A DNA stretch of 64,000 nucleotides from the NCBI GenBank assembly GCA_964195975.1, contig CAXMQZ010000006.1, positions 3,009-67,008 on the forward strand, given 5' to 3'. The notes under the pieces are model-generated. The model made no database searches and was not told the origin of the DNA. It saw only the letters and a program-made list of their open reading frames with translations. Below, in pieces: positions 1 through 8,787 of the stretch. Every line of letters starts with the position of its first letter. Position 1 is the stretch's first letter. The position numbers and the translations under genes were made by a program. This DNA is from an uncultured Polyangiaceae bacterium (GTDB lineage Bacteria > Acidobacteriota > Thermoanaerobaculia > Multivoradales > JAHEKO01).

Positions 1-2
1 CG

Positions 3-314
3 ATGGAGCAGCGCCAGGGACTCGAGCGGGTCCGTCGGCAGCTCAGAAGCGAGGCGGTTGCGGATGAGCCCGACGAAGAGCGGATCGAGTCGTTGCTCGC
101 CGAGCTCGGCCAGGCCCACTCGAATCTGGATCGGCTGCTGGTGGACAACGTGCTACAAAGCCGTGCGATCCTAGATCCCGAGCAGCAACGGCGCTATTTT
201 CACATGCTGCGCCGGATCCGTGAGGCTACCGAGCGGGGCGGTCGCCGTGGCCCCGATGGCCGCGACCCGGATGGACTGGCCCGCCAGCGCCCACGACGTC
301 GACCTCCGGGCTGA
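3..314 (+). CDS. Spy/CpxP-like periplasmic heavy-metal-sensor family protein (probably 5'-truncated by window edge)
   Basis: Helical pattern ADEPDEERIESLLAELGQAH...LQSRAILDPEQQRRY with the L-T/D-P-E-Q motif typical of Spy/CpxP; basic low-complexity tail. Confidence 0.55.
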   Translation: MEQRQGLERVRRQLRSEAVADEPDEERIESLLAELGQAHSNLDRLLVDNVLQSRAILDPEQQRRYFHMLRRIREATERGGRRGPDGRDPDGLARQRPRRRPPG

Positions 315-352
315 TTGGCGAGTTGATCGGCGGGCTCGAATCCACCATCTCC

Positions 353-1081
353 TCATCGCCAGTTCAATCGCACACCCAGTCGCCAAATGCGGGGGTTGAC
401 CGTGCGTTGGACCCACTCTCGTCTACCTGAAGCGAGGTTGCTGTCCCGAGACAAAACTGTGCCTTCGTTGAAGATGTTGAAACCATCGATCGAGAAGGTA
501 AGACTCGTGTTACCTGTCGCAGCAAACTCCTTCTCCAACCGGACATCGGCCGTGAAGATGTCGTCGTAGCGAAAATCGGTTATGGTCTCGGCAACCCCGA
601 TAGCTCGATTGATTCTGTCAGTACCGAATACGAATTCGGAATAGGGTATGGGATAGCCTTGGCGCCCGGTCAGATTGGCGGCTACATTGAACCCCTAGCG
701 GCGCTCGGGTGCCACCTGATACATTCCGTTGACGTTCCACTGCCAGGTCGAGGAAAGTGCAGAGGTGGCTCGGTCGAATAGTTGGACAAATGGTGCACCG
801 TTGCGGTTGTCACCCGACACCAACTTGTTCGGGTCGTTGTGAGCGAAAAAGCTATCCGGCACATCCCAATCTTCTTTGAAGAAGTAGTTTACGAACCCGC
901 GCAGCATCCACTGGTTCGAGAGCCGCTTTGTCACTGTGAGAGAGGCAGAATAGGAATCGATCTCCCGAGCACCAGTAGTCAGAAGAGTGCCGCCAGCACC
1001 TGGCTCCACTCGGTTGTCGCAACTTTTGAAACCATGAATCTGGGCGGAGTCTACCTGATGAGGCCCTGAGCTTGAAGCCAA
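353..1081 (-). pseudogene. Remnant of an Oar-like TonB-dependent receptor (C-terminal barrel only, internal stop)
   Basis: ORFs 695-1081 and 353-538 are in frame, separated by TAG at 695-697. Read through: QVAPERR*GFNVAANLTGRQGYPIPY...DVRLEKEF...FNIFN...NPRIWRLGVRLNWR, typical receptor C-terminal strands; no N-terminal region upstream. Confidence 0.75.
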
Positions 1082-1215
1082 GCGCTCCTCTGTCTCGACG
1101 GGATGCCGACAAGGCGACCGGCCGCAAAGCCGGACCCGACAGGCCCTAGCCGGTACCCGATCGGCTAATTGGCGAGCTTCTTCAATTAGGCCCCAGCTGA
1201 GATGCTGGGGATGAT

Positions 1216-1244
1216 TTGTTGCGTGATGCGCGACATGCTATACT
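1216..1244 (+). promoter_or_regulatory. Sigma70-type promoter of higBA (leaderless geometry)
   Basis: TTGTTG-17 nt-TATACT with extended -10 TG; GTG start follows 6 nt after the -10 hexamer. Confidence 0.6.
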
Positions 1245-1250
1245 CTCCAA

Positions 1251-1529
1251 GTGATCAGGTCGGTCCGGCACAAGGGTCTCAAGCGCTTCTACGAGACGGG
1301 AAAGATCTCAGGAATTCAGCCCAAGCATGCTAGGCGGCTCCAAATGCGACTTGCGGCGCTAGACACAGCTCAAAACATAGAGGACATGAACATCCCTGGA
1401 TTTCGCTTGCATCCACTGAGGGGAAGACTAGGAGGGCGGTGGTCGATATGGGTAAGCGGCAACTGGCGTCTCACATTCAAGTTCGAGGAAGGTGATGTAC
1501 ACCTGTTGGACTACGAGGACTATCACTGA
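1251..1529 (+). CDS. higB: HigB-type (RelE superfamily) toxin
   Basis: MIRSVRHKGLKRFYETG...GFRLHPLRG...WSIWVSGNWRLTFKFEEGD..LDYEDYH is the canonical HigB pattern; toxin-first order. Confidence 0.92.
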   Translation: MIRSVRHKGLKRFYETGKISGIQPKHARRLQMRLAALDTAQNIEDMNIPGFRLHPLRGRLGGRWSIWVSGNWRLTFKFEEGDVHLLDYEDYH

Positions 1530-1822
1530 TGGCTATGCATAATCCCCCACACCCAGGCGAATTCATTCGGGAGATCTACCTGGAGCCGTTTGAGCTAAGC
1601 GCTCGCGCTCTGTCTGAGAGTTTGGGAGTATCCCCGTCGACCCTGAACAGAGTCATCCAAGGGCAGAGTGGAATCAGTCCCGAGATGGCGTTGCGTCTTT
1701 CGAAGGCCATTGGTCGCTCAGCCGAGAGTTGGTTGGCCCTACAGCACAACTATGATCTTTGGCACGCCAAGCAAACCACCGACCTCTCTGAGGTTCAACG
1801 TCTACGGTTTGATGCTGCGTAG
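1529..1822 (+). CDS. higA: HigA antitoxin (HTH)
   Basis: MHNPPHPGEFI...ISPEMALRLSKAIGRSAESWLALQHNYDL; TGATG stop/start overlap with higB. Confidence 0.92.
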   Translation: MAMHNPPHPGEFIREIYLEPFELSARALSESLGVSPSTLNRVIQGQSGISPEMALRLSKAIGRSAESWLALQHNYDLWHAKQTTDLSEVQRLRFDAA

Positions 1823-1849
1823 GAAGACCGTATCTGATCGATTCTGAAG

Positions 1850-2275
1850 TCAGGTTGAGAGCACTCGGAGGCCTTCTCGGTCTGCGGCCAGCGCCAGTTG
1901 CTCATCCAGGCAAACGAATGTGAGCGACGAGGGGTCATCCTCTGCCACCAGGAGGGCAGCTCCGAGCTGAGCTGCATCGGCTGCCCTGAGAGGATGGCGT
2001 GCCAGAAGCGGCAATGCGCGTGAGCGCACCGATTGAAGATCAACGACCTCGTCCCAGGATCGAGCCAAGTCAGCGAAACGGTCAAGACAGGATCGCCGTT
2101 CCTCTCGCGATAGCTGACCTTGGCGCGCGCGGCGTTCCACCGCGCTGGCAAGCTCGACGCGTGTCCACGCCCAGGTCACGAGCACGGGATCTTGGCTGAA
2201 CCACTCAAGAGCTTGGTCGCTCGAGGGCTCAGCAATTGCAAGCGGCACAATGGCTGAAGCGTCCCAGTACCTCAC
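1850..2275 (-). CDS. vapC: VapC PIN-domain toxin
   Basis: MRYWDASAIVPL...RVELASA...LRAADAAQL...FVCLDEQL, PIN acidic residues present. Confidence 0.88.
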   Translation of the reverse strand: MRYWDASAIVPLAIAEPSSDQALEWFSQDPVLVTWAWTRVELASAVERRARQGQLSREERRSCLDRFADLARSWDEVVDLQSVRSRALPLLARHPLRAADAAQLGAALLVAEDDPSSLTFVCLDEQLALAADREGLRVLST

Positions 2276-2562
2276 AGGCGATCGGCTCTCTCTTCCTCGA
2301 GCGCCTCGAGGATACTGGTCGAGACCACCAGCGGCGGTTGTTCGAGGATTTCGGAGATCTCGGATGTCCCCTGCCGTAGAACACCGGAGCGAATCAGTCG
2401 TGCTCGGCGCTCCTCACCCGAGGTGTCGGCGAGCTTGCGGATTCCTGTCAGGCGCGCGATCGGAACGCCGTGGTCCAGAATCTCGACCTCCCCGCCGCGA
2501 CGAACCTCACGGAGGTATCGGGACAGCTTGGCCTTCAAATCGGTAACGGATGCGCGAGACAT
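2272..2562 (-). CDS. Phd/YefM-family antitoxin
   Basis: ASVTDLKAKLSRYLREVRRGGEVEILDHGVPIARL; 4-nt overlap with vapC. Confidence 0.88.
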   Translation of the reverse strand: MSRASVTDLKAKLSRYLREVRRGGEVEILDHGVPIARLTGIRKLADTSGEERRARLIRSGVLRQGTSEISEILEQPPLVVSTSILEALEEERADRL

Positions 2563-2568
2563 GTGACT

Positions 2569-2597
2569 ATACTAGTCCTGTATGTAAGACTAGTCAA
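2569..2597 (-). promoter_or_regulatory. Promoter/operator of the phd-vapC operon
   Basis: TTGACT-17 nt-TAGTAT, then 6 nt to ATG; two ACTAGT palindromes overlap -35 and -10. Confidence 0.7.
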
Positions 2598-2691
2598 GTC
2601 TGTAGCAAATCCTGTGAATCTGAGGCGCTGCTCCTTTTAAAGGCTGGCAGCTCCCGACTGGCCGAGTGGAATTCCCTAGGCCTTTAGCCTA

Positions 2692-2717
2692 GCCGACTAC
2701 ATTTGCCGACTACATTT
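2692..2717. repeat. 13-bp perfect tandem duplication
   Basis: GCCGACTACATTT twice (2692-2704, 2705-2717), overlapping the M1 peptidase stop codon. Confidence 0.85.
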
Positions 2718-4476
2718 CGTTTTGTTTTGGCTTGGGTCCATAGGCTGGTCGCCACATCAAAATTGTGTGCTCAGGATCAAGGATTATGTCTCTGATGTTT
2801 GAGCCAAAAGTAAGTTCAAAGGTTTGAGCCGAGGTACTGAGCTCTACTTCTCTTACTTCAGAATCACCAGAATAGAATTGAAACTCGATTGGGATCCTCA
2901 AGTGATAAAGATCTTCTTGTTCCTGAGTCAAACTAATTGTCACCTTGAATTCTGTCTCAGGGTCTCCTAGCAATATGCTCTCTACCGGCATGTCGCCCAA
3001 ATATTCATACGTCTTCAAATCCATGGGAGATTCCCATGCTATTGAAATTATGGGAGCTCCTTTTCTCTTTAGCCATTGATCGAAGAAGACATTGAGATCA
3101 ATACCTGATTCTTCACCAAAGTAGGTTTGAAGATCCTCGAGGGTCATGCCTTCTGCCTGTTGGGTCAGATTTCTTAGAACTTCAAAAAACAAGTCATCTC
3201 CGAGCTCGAGACGCAACATCTGCCAAAACCACATGCCTTTTGAATCCATGAGCCGGTGAACTTTCCATGAATCACTCTCAATTTCACTCAGAGGCTCATC
3301 CACATTGCTGCGCACCATCGCGAAGTATCCACGTGCCGACTGATAGGTTGAATAAGTTGGGACAGAAACATCCAAGAAATCTTTTAGCGCCTCTTTGCCA
3401 TCTAGTGCTTCTACGGCTAGAACGGCTCCTAGTTGGGCAAGAGCTTCACTGCAGAGCGAAGCACCCGAGCCTTCGCAGCTAAATAAATTCCCCCACCACG
3501 AATGTCCAGCCTCATGAGCAAATAGCGCCAATCCATCGTCTCCTTCAAAATTCTTGCTTTCAGCGACAATAAACCCTTGCTCTGAAGAGGCTCCAAAGTA
3601 GTCTGTTGTGCCATCGGGGATTTCGGCCAAAGCAAAAGTGGCATAGGGATAGACTCCAAACGCATTTTCAAGAACGTCAATAATTCTCGCAAATTGATGC
3701 GCTTTGTTTTCTGCATCATGAGGACTCGCATCGAGCAGATACATCTTGATGTCGATGTTGCCTTGTCTTACATTTGAAACTTGGAAAGGAGCAGCGACAT
3801 AGCTTCGTGCAATTCCAGGTCCTACCCTCCATGTTTGTTTGTTACCGCTTTGATCTTGTTGGTCTACGACTAATTTTCCGTTTGAAAGCGCATGCCAATC
3901 CTTGGGAAGGATAAAACTGGTGGGGCCGGGAATGGATAGATTTTCTTTAGAAACAAAAGATCCCGAATCTGCAATAGCTACCGGATACCATAACGTGACC
4001 CAACTGGCATAACTCAAATGTTCTCGTTGGAGCACCTGACCTTGCTCTGCAATGAATTCATATTCGAAGGTGACAGTGACTTCGGCGACACCTTCTGAGA
4101 ACGACTTGAAATCAATCACATACAGGGTGCCTACTCTCTCTGTATCTGGATGAGCTTGTTCAGATAGTTGTGCTTTCTCACCCAGTGCATTGGATGCTTC
4201 TATGTTTGTCATCTTCATGCTTGCCTCTCTGTTGTTAAGCATGAGCACTGGACCTTTGGATGAGTTGGCATCTGTCTTCAAAATCATCGTGCCGTTATAG
4301 GTAGGCTGTTTTTTCGTCAGGTCTATTGTTATGTCTAATTGGGTGGCTTCCCATATGGCTCGTTTCTTAAGATCGTCAACGGTTAATGATTGAGCACAGA
4401 GACTATTTTCTATTGTCATGAGAAGGATGAAAATGACGATAGGAAATTTGAAAAGGATGCTGAGCTTGGATTTCAT
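2710..4476 (-). CDS. Secreted M1-family zinc aminopeptidase, low-GC gene
   Basis: Signal peptide; GASSE exopeptidase-like motif, HEAGHSWW (HEXXH) and downstream SEALA glutamate; ~45% GC by spot counts. Confidence 0.85.
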   Translation of the reverse strand: MKSKLSILFKFPIVIFILLMTIENSLCAQSLTVDDLKKRAIWEATQLDITIDLTKKQPTYNGTMILKTDANSSKGPVLMLNNREASMKMTNIEASNALGEKAQLSEQAHPDTERVGTLYVIDFKSFSEGVAEVTVTFEYEFIAEQGQVLQREHLSYASWVTLWYPVAIADSGSFVSKENLSIPGPTSFILPKDWHALSNGKLVVDQQDQSGNKQTWRVGPGIARSYVAAPFQVSNVRQGNIDIKMYLLDASPHDAENKAHQFARIIDVLENAFGVYPYATFALAEIPDGTTDYFGASSEQGFIVAESKNFEGDDGLALFAHEAGHSWWGNLFSCEGSGASLCSEALAQLGAVLAVEALDGKEALKDFLDVSVPTYSTYQSARGYFAMVRSNVDEPLSEIESDSWKVHRLMDSKGMWFWQMLRLELGDDLFFEVLRNLTQQAEGMTLEDLQTYFGEESGIDLNVFFDQWLKRKGAPIISIAWESPMDLKTYEYLGDMPVESILLGDPETEFKVTISLTQEQEDLYHLRIPIEFQFYSGDSEVREVELSTSAQTFELTFGSNIRDIILDPEHTILMWRPAYGPKPKQNEM

Positions 4477-4518
4477 AGGACAGTTCCGATCAGGTTGGTT
4501 GGTTCGCTTTGCAACATC

Positions 4519-5640
4519 CTACGCCTTGAAGAAGTACTCCACGACATCACCATCCTGGATGGCGTACTCCTTGCCCTCGGTTCGTAGCTGCCCGAGATGA
4601 TGAAGTTGCTGGAAACTGCCATGCTCGCGGACCTGCTCGTACGTCGCTACATGGGCTCGGATGAATCCCCGTTCCATGTCGGTATGAATCTGGCCGGCTG
4701 CTTGGGGCGCGAGGGTACCCGAGGGGACCTCCCAGGCCCGCAATTTCCGATTTGCCAGGGTATAGAAGCGGACCATACCGAGGAGTCTAAAGGAGGCCTC
4801 GATGACTCGGTCGAGACCGGTGGCGTCGAGCCCGAGATCTTGCATGAACTCGAGACGCTCGTCGGGCTCGAGCTGCATCAGCTCCCACTCGATCTTGGCC
4901 GAGACAGGCACGACGACGGCCTCTTCGCCGGCGCCGGACCAGGGGCCCAGCTGCCTCAAAGCCTCCATCGCGGGTGACTCGTTCGCACCTAGCTCTTGTG
5001 CACCTAACTCTTGCTCTGCCACATTGGCGACAAACAGCATCGGCTTTCCGGTAAGAAGACCGAGGGCCTTCATCTCCCGCAGGGCCTCACGATCGGGTCG
5101 GAGGCTCCGCAGGGGGATCCCCTCCTTCAGCAGCTCCTCGTAGTGCTCGAGCCGCTCTCTCTCAGCCGTGTGTGCCCTGGGGTTGGTTTGCCACTCCTTG
5201 CGTCGCTTCTCGAGCCCCTTGCGGAGGATCTCCAGATCGGCCAGCAGCAGCTCCGTTCCCACGATCTCCGCGTCGCGCACCGCATCGACGGTGGCGAACA
5301 CGTGTGCCACCTCGGTGCCGCTGAAACAACGCACCACGTGGGCTATGGCATCGACTTGGCGAATGGCGCCCAGGAACTTGTTGCCGAGGCCCTCGCCCCT
5401 GCTGGCTCCTTCGACCAGACCGGCGATGTCGATGAACTCGATGTGGGCGGGAAGACACTCGTCAGGCTCGACGACCTTTCGCAGCTCTTCGAGCCGCGGA
5501 TCCGGGACTGCGACCACGCCCAGATTGCTGTCGATGGTGGTAAACGGGTAGTTGGAAACCTCGGCCTGTCCGGCTGCGAGAGCGTTGAACAGGCTGGACT
5601 TTCCGACGTTGGGCAGACCTACGATCCCGACGGCCAGCAT
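4519..5640 (-). CDS. ychF: Redox-regulated ATPase YchF
   Basis: GIVGLPNVGKS, NYPFTTID, DIAGLV, IHTDMERGFIRA and C-terminal TGS domain. Confidence 0.95.
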   Translation of the reverse strand: MLAVGIVGLPNVGKSSLFNALAAGQAEVSNYPFTTIDSNLGVVAVPDPRLEELRKVVEPDECLPAHIEFIDIAGLVEGASRGEGLGNKFLGAIRQVDAIAHVVRCFSGTEVAHVFATVDAVRDAEIVGTELLLADLEILRKGLEKRRKEWQTNPRAHTAERERLEHYEELLKEGIPLRSLRPDREALREMKALGLLTGKPMLFVANVAEQELGAQELGANESPAMEALRQLGPWSGAGEEAVVVPVSAKIEWELMQLEPDERLEFMQDLGLDATGLDRVIEASFRLLGMVRFYTLANRKLRAWEVPSGTLAPQAAGQIHTDMERGFIRAHVATYEQVREHGSFQQLHHLGQLRTEGKEYAIQDGDVVEYFFKA

Positions 5641-5642
5641 TT

Positions 5643-5866
5643 AGCCTGAACTTCTCACAAGCCTTCTACTACAAGGCCGGAAATGCCTCAAGCTACTACG
5701 TTTTCCTTCTGCGACCCAGCTTGTCGCTGGGTGCCCGCTCCTCGACGTACTGCAAGTACGCCTGCGGGGGATAAATTTGTCAAGCCTGACCATCGCCCTG
5801 CGGTCGACGGTGCCCTCTTCTGTCATTTGCGGCCTTTCGTAACGAAGTTTGTGAGAAGTTCAGGCT
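5643..5866. mobile_element. 224-bp MITE-like non-autonomous element
   Basis: Perfect 18-bp terminal inverted repeats AGCCTGAACTTCTCACAA (5643-5660) / TTGTGAGAAGTTCAGGCT (5849-5866); internal hairpins CCCAGC/GCTGGG and CGTAC/GTACG; no credible ORF. Confidence 0.75.
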
Positions 5867-5921
5867 CTACGCCATTCTAGCGCGAGATGCTCTTGTCGAT
5901 GTGCGCGGTGTCGTGCCAGCG

Positions 5922-6110
5922 CTACCAAAGAGCACGGATGTCGTACTGATGGATGGCTTCGTCCGGCGTGAGGATTGCCAAACCAAGGACGATGGCCTGT
6001 GAGACCAAAATCCGGTCGAACGGATCCTTATGGAGGTTGGGAAGACGAGCTAACTGGAGCGTGGATTCCTCATCCACCGGTAGCGCGTCTATGCCGATGT
6101 GGTGAAGTTG
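5922..6110 (-). pseudogene. C-terminal half of a second PIN toxin
   Basis: Minus-strand reading HIGIDALPVDEESTLQLARLPNLHKDPFDRILVSQAIVLGLAILTPDEAIHQYDIRALW* with the HxDPFDR motif; no start codon. Confidence 0.8.
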
Positions 6111-6127
6111 GTGAGAATGTCAGGCTA
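6111..6127. repeat. Third copy of the MITE terminal repeat
   Basis: GTGAGAATGTCAGGCT is 14/16 identical to the right TIR GTGAGAAGTTCAGGCT and lies exactly at the truncation of the PIN remnant. Confidence 0.6.
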
Positions 6128-6517
6128 GCCTGCCCAGATCAGCCTTACATCGTAGTGCTCGAGCTGTCGATCGGCGGTGAGAAGCGACAGCCTCTCGATC
6201 TGCGCCTGAGCGATGAGCAGACGGTCGAACGGATCACGGTGATGGGGGGGCAAGGTCGCCACCTGCAGCGCATGGCTGTGGTCGATCGGCAGCCCCCGCA
6301 CGCCGCTGCTGGCCATCCTCGACGGCACGTAGTTTCCCGGTGGCACGGGCAGCAGCAGCTTGCCGAGGGCGAACTTGATGGCAATCTCCCAGGAGCTGGC
6401 TGCCGAAAGCAGCAGCTCGGATTCGGGCTCCTCGATGACCTCGAGGGCCGAGGCCGACAGGCGTTCGGGAGTCGCCTGCATCCAGAGCCAGCACTGGGTG
6501 TCGAGTAGGATCCTCAA
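6125..6517 (-). CDS. vapC: VapC PIN-domain toxin
   Basis: MRILLDTQCWLW...ASSWEIAIK...HHRDPFDRLLIAQA...LLTAD. Confidence 0.93.
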   Translation of the reverse strand: MRILLDTQCWLWMQATPERLSASALEVIEEPESELLLSAASSWEIAIKFALGKLLLPVPPGNYVPSRMASSGVRGLPIDHSHALQVATLPPHHRDPFDRLLIAQAQIERLSLLTADRQLEHYDVRLIWAG

Positions 6518-6744
6518 GACTCGAACTCATCGAGAATGGCATCCGGCAGTGGAGCATCGAAGTCGTTCGCTATCTGAACCAGGTCGCGGTCTCTGCCAAG
6601 CTGTCGCGAGACGGGTGCCTCGATCGGCACCAGGCGAGCCACCGGCTTTCCACTCTTCGCGATGACGATCTCCTCGCCGGCGGCAACCCGCCGCAGCAGA
6701 CGTGAGAGATGCGTTTTCGCCTCGTGAACGCCGACCTCTGTCAT
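6514..6744 (-). CDS. Phd/YefM-family antitoxin
   Basis: VGVHEAKTHLSRLLRRVAAGEEIVIAKSGKPVARLVP...DFDAPLP. Confidence 0.93.
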   Translation of the reverse strand: MTEVGVHEAKTHLSRLLRRVAAGEEIVIAKSGKPVARLVPIEAPVSRQLGRDRDLVQIANDFDAPLPDAILDEFES

Positions 6745-6750
6745 ATCGCA

Positions 6751-6785
6751 ATAATAAACTAAGTTGTTAGCTAAGTCAACTAAGT
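6751..6785 (-). promoter_or_regulatory. Promoter/operator of the second phd-vapC operon
   Basis: TTGACT-17 nt-TATTAT, then 6 nt to ATG; three CTAAGT repeats at 6759, 6771 and 6780. Confidence 0.7.
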
Positions 6786-6935
6786 AAGGTAAGCATCATG
6801 GTTTGGGACACCGCCTTGGCCTTGTCTGGATGAAACGAGTAGCCTTGCTGCACGAATCGTGGGCAATCGGATGGCGACGGCCGAGTTCCTGGTCGATGCC
6901 AATGGGGTGCTGTTAATGTATTCGAGAGTCAAAAG

Positions 6936-7022
6936 ATGGACTACGACAAGACACGAGAGGTCCTGGCGGCGCTCGAGCGCGAAGGGGTCTGCAGATTCAG
7001 GTCGGTTGAAGAGATGGAGGGC
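6936..7022 (+). pseudogene. Deletion scar of a nucleotidyltransferase/partner gene pair
   Basis: MDYDKTREVLAALEREGV resembles an MNT-type nucleotidyltransferase N-terminus, joined directly to RFRSVEEMEG, which resembles the N-terminus of its usual small partner (recalled pattern). Confidence 0.45.
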
Positions 7023-7097
7023 AGGCCAACTTCGCGGCATTTCACGCCCGAAAGCAGGCGTCAGAGCTGTAGCCCTGAAACTTTGGAGAAGATCACG

Positions 7098-8081
7098 ATG
7101 AAAATCTCACTAAGGGTCCTTGCGATTCTGATCGTTGTCGGTGGTTTTTTTGGCGGCGGGTGCGCGCCGCGAGAGGACAGTCAGACCGCCACTGAGAACC
7201 CCAGCGTTGAGGGCCCCGCCGAGGAACCGCCGATCGAAGAGATCGTCTTGGATGACGAGGCCTGGAACGCGGCTCTGCTGGAGCACCGAGAAGAGATCGA
7301 CGAAGAATTCAGGACCTCGAGCGCCTCGCCGATGGCGGGTGCCCAGTACCTGAAATCCGAGCCGGCCGAGCAGGTCTTCCTGACCCGCCAGGAAAAGACC
7401 TTCGAGCTTGCCTATTCGACCCAGCCGGGGGCTGAGCTCGAGCTGGTCAAGCAGGGGGAGGCCTGGCACTGGAAGACGCTGGGACAGGAGGTCGTCTGCC
7501 GAGTCGAGGGAGAGGAAGTGGATGAGGGGTCAGCGCTCGAGGGTCTGGCGTTTTTCGACATCGACGGCTTTCATTTGAGCTTCTACCCGAGCGACGACAG
7601 GGTGACCTTCATCGTTTTCGACCCCGAGCGACCGGAGATGACATCGTTCGAGCACCTCCTCTATTTCCCGGCGGACAGAAACTACGCCGTCGATGCTGAT
7701 CTTGTCGTGTTCTCGGAGCCGGAGGAGATCGAGATGCTCACCAGCCGCAATCTGAAAAAGACGTTCTATCGATATGCCACGATTGAGTTCGAGCTGGACG
7801 GCGAGGACTACGAGTTGAGCGCCTTCAAGAGCGAGCTCGAGGGTGAAGGTTCGAATGGTCTGTTCATCCCCTTCAAGGACGCCACGACCGGGAGTGAGAC
7901 CTACGGCGCGGGTCGGTTTCTCGAAATTGAAGATCCGGCCAGTGATCAATTCGTGCTGGACTTCAATCGGAGCTTCAACCCGCTTTGTAACTATTCACCG
8001 GCCTACAACTGCGCTGTCCCACCGCGGGAAAATCATCTGGAAGCCGCCATTCGTGCCGGCGAGCTCACCTACCCGCATTGA
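7098..8081 (+). CDS. DUF1684-domain lipoprotein
   Basis: Lipoprotein signal ending GGGC; FIPFKDATTGSETYGAGRFL...LDFNRSFNPLCNYSPAYNCAVPPRENHL. Confidence 0.85.
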   Translation: MKISLRVLAILIVVGGFFGGGCAPREDSQTATENPSVEGPAEEPPIEEIVLDDEAWNAALLEHREEIDEEFRTSSASPMAGAQYLKSEPAEQVFLTRQEKTFELAYSTQPGAELELVKQGEAWHWKTLGQEVVCRVEGEEVDEGSALEGLAFFDIDGFHLSFYPSDDRVTFIVFDPERPEMTSFEHLLYFPADRNYAVDADLVVFSEPEEIEMLTSRNLKKTFYRYATIEFELDGEDYELSAFKSELEGEGSNGLFIPFKDATTGSETYGAGRFLEIEDPASDQFVLDFNRSFNPLCNYSPAYNCAVPPRENHLEAAIRAGELTYPH

Positions 8082-8162
8082 CACCCACCGGCACGCACTG
8101 ACAGGAGCGCCGTTGCCGGCTCCGCTGGTTAGCTGGGCCGCTATCCGAGTAAGGAGAGTCCA

Positions 8163-8372
8163 ATGGAACACGACAATTGGCAATGTCCAAAATGCCAGAA
8201 CAAAGAATTTGAAACGGGCCAATTCGCCGCCACTGGCGGAGGTCTGTCGAAATTCTTCAATATTCAAAACAAGAGGTTCACGACCCTTACTTGCTCACGC
8301 TGCAGCTACACCGAGATCTATCGAACCGATACGAGTACCCTGAGCAACGTCCTGGATTTCTTCGGCAACTGA
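8163..8372 (+). CDS. Small zinc-ribbon protein (DUF2082-like)
   Basis: CPKC...GGGLSKFFNIQNKRF...CSRCSYTEIY; GGAG RBS upstream. Confidence 0.85.
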   Translation: MEHDNWQCPKCQNKEFETGQFAATGGGLSKFFNIQNKRFTTLTCSRCSYTEIYRTDTSTLSNVLDFFGN

Positions 8373-8450
8373 CGAGAGCCAAGACCCAAGGCGCTGCCTA
8401 GGGAAACGGCCGATAAGGGCCTTCTCATGTATGGCGGTTTGGTTGATACT

Positions 8451-8495
8451 GTTTGACACAAATAATTTGACACAAATGGAGGATTCCTTTACACT
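8451..8495 (+). promoter_or_regulatory. Promoter/operator of the RHH-vapC operon
   Basis: TTGACA-17 nt-TACACT, then 6 nt to GTG; two TTTG-ACA-CAAAT near-palindromes at 8451-8463 and 8465-8477. Confidence 0.7.
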
Positions 8496-8501
8496 CGGAG
8501 G

Positions 8502-8786
8502 GTGGCAAAGACCCGCAAGATCCAGGTAACGCTTGAGGAGTCTCAGTACGAGACGCTCGCGCGGATTGCTGAGCGTGATGGAAAGAAGCTGGCCGCCGTC
8601 GTGCGAGAGTCGATCGAGCGCTATTGCCTCGGTCCGGAGTCGAAGAAGGCCAAGCGGGAAGCCCTGAACGCGCTTCTCACCGTGTCGGAAGCGGCCCCCG
8701 AGGATTATGCTTCCTGGGAGAGTGAGTACGCCGCGCTCAAGACCGAGGTCAAGGACTCCAGAACCGGAACAGGAACCGAACGCTGA
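8502..8786 (+). CDS. Ribbon-helix-helix (CopG-like) antitoxin
   Basis: KIQVTLEESQYETLARIAERDGKKLAAVVRESIERY; directly upstream of a PIN gene. Confidence 0.8.
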   Translation: MAKTRKIQVTLEESQYETLARIAERDGKKLAAVVRESIERYCLGPESKKAKREALNALLTVSEAAPEDYASWESEYAALKTEVKDSRTGTGTER

Positions 8787-8787
8787 A

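Noticed and set aside
695-697. Amber read-through (pyrrolysine or recoding) in the receptor remnant
   Set aside because: The gene is also missing its whole 5' part, no pyl genes are seen, and TGG-to-TAG decay is the simpler explanation.
6936-8081. 381-aa ORF as the real DUF1684 protein
   Set aside because: A signal peptide, lipobox and GGAG RBS fit a start at 7098; the upstream part looks like a scar of other genes.
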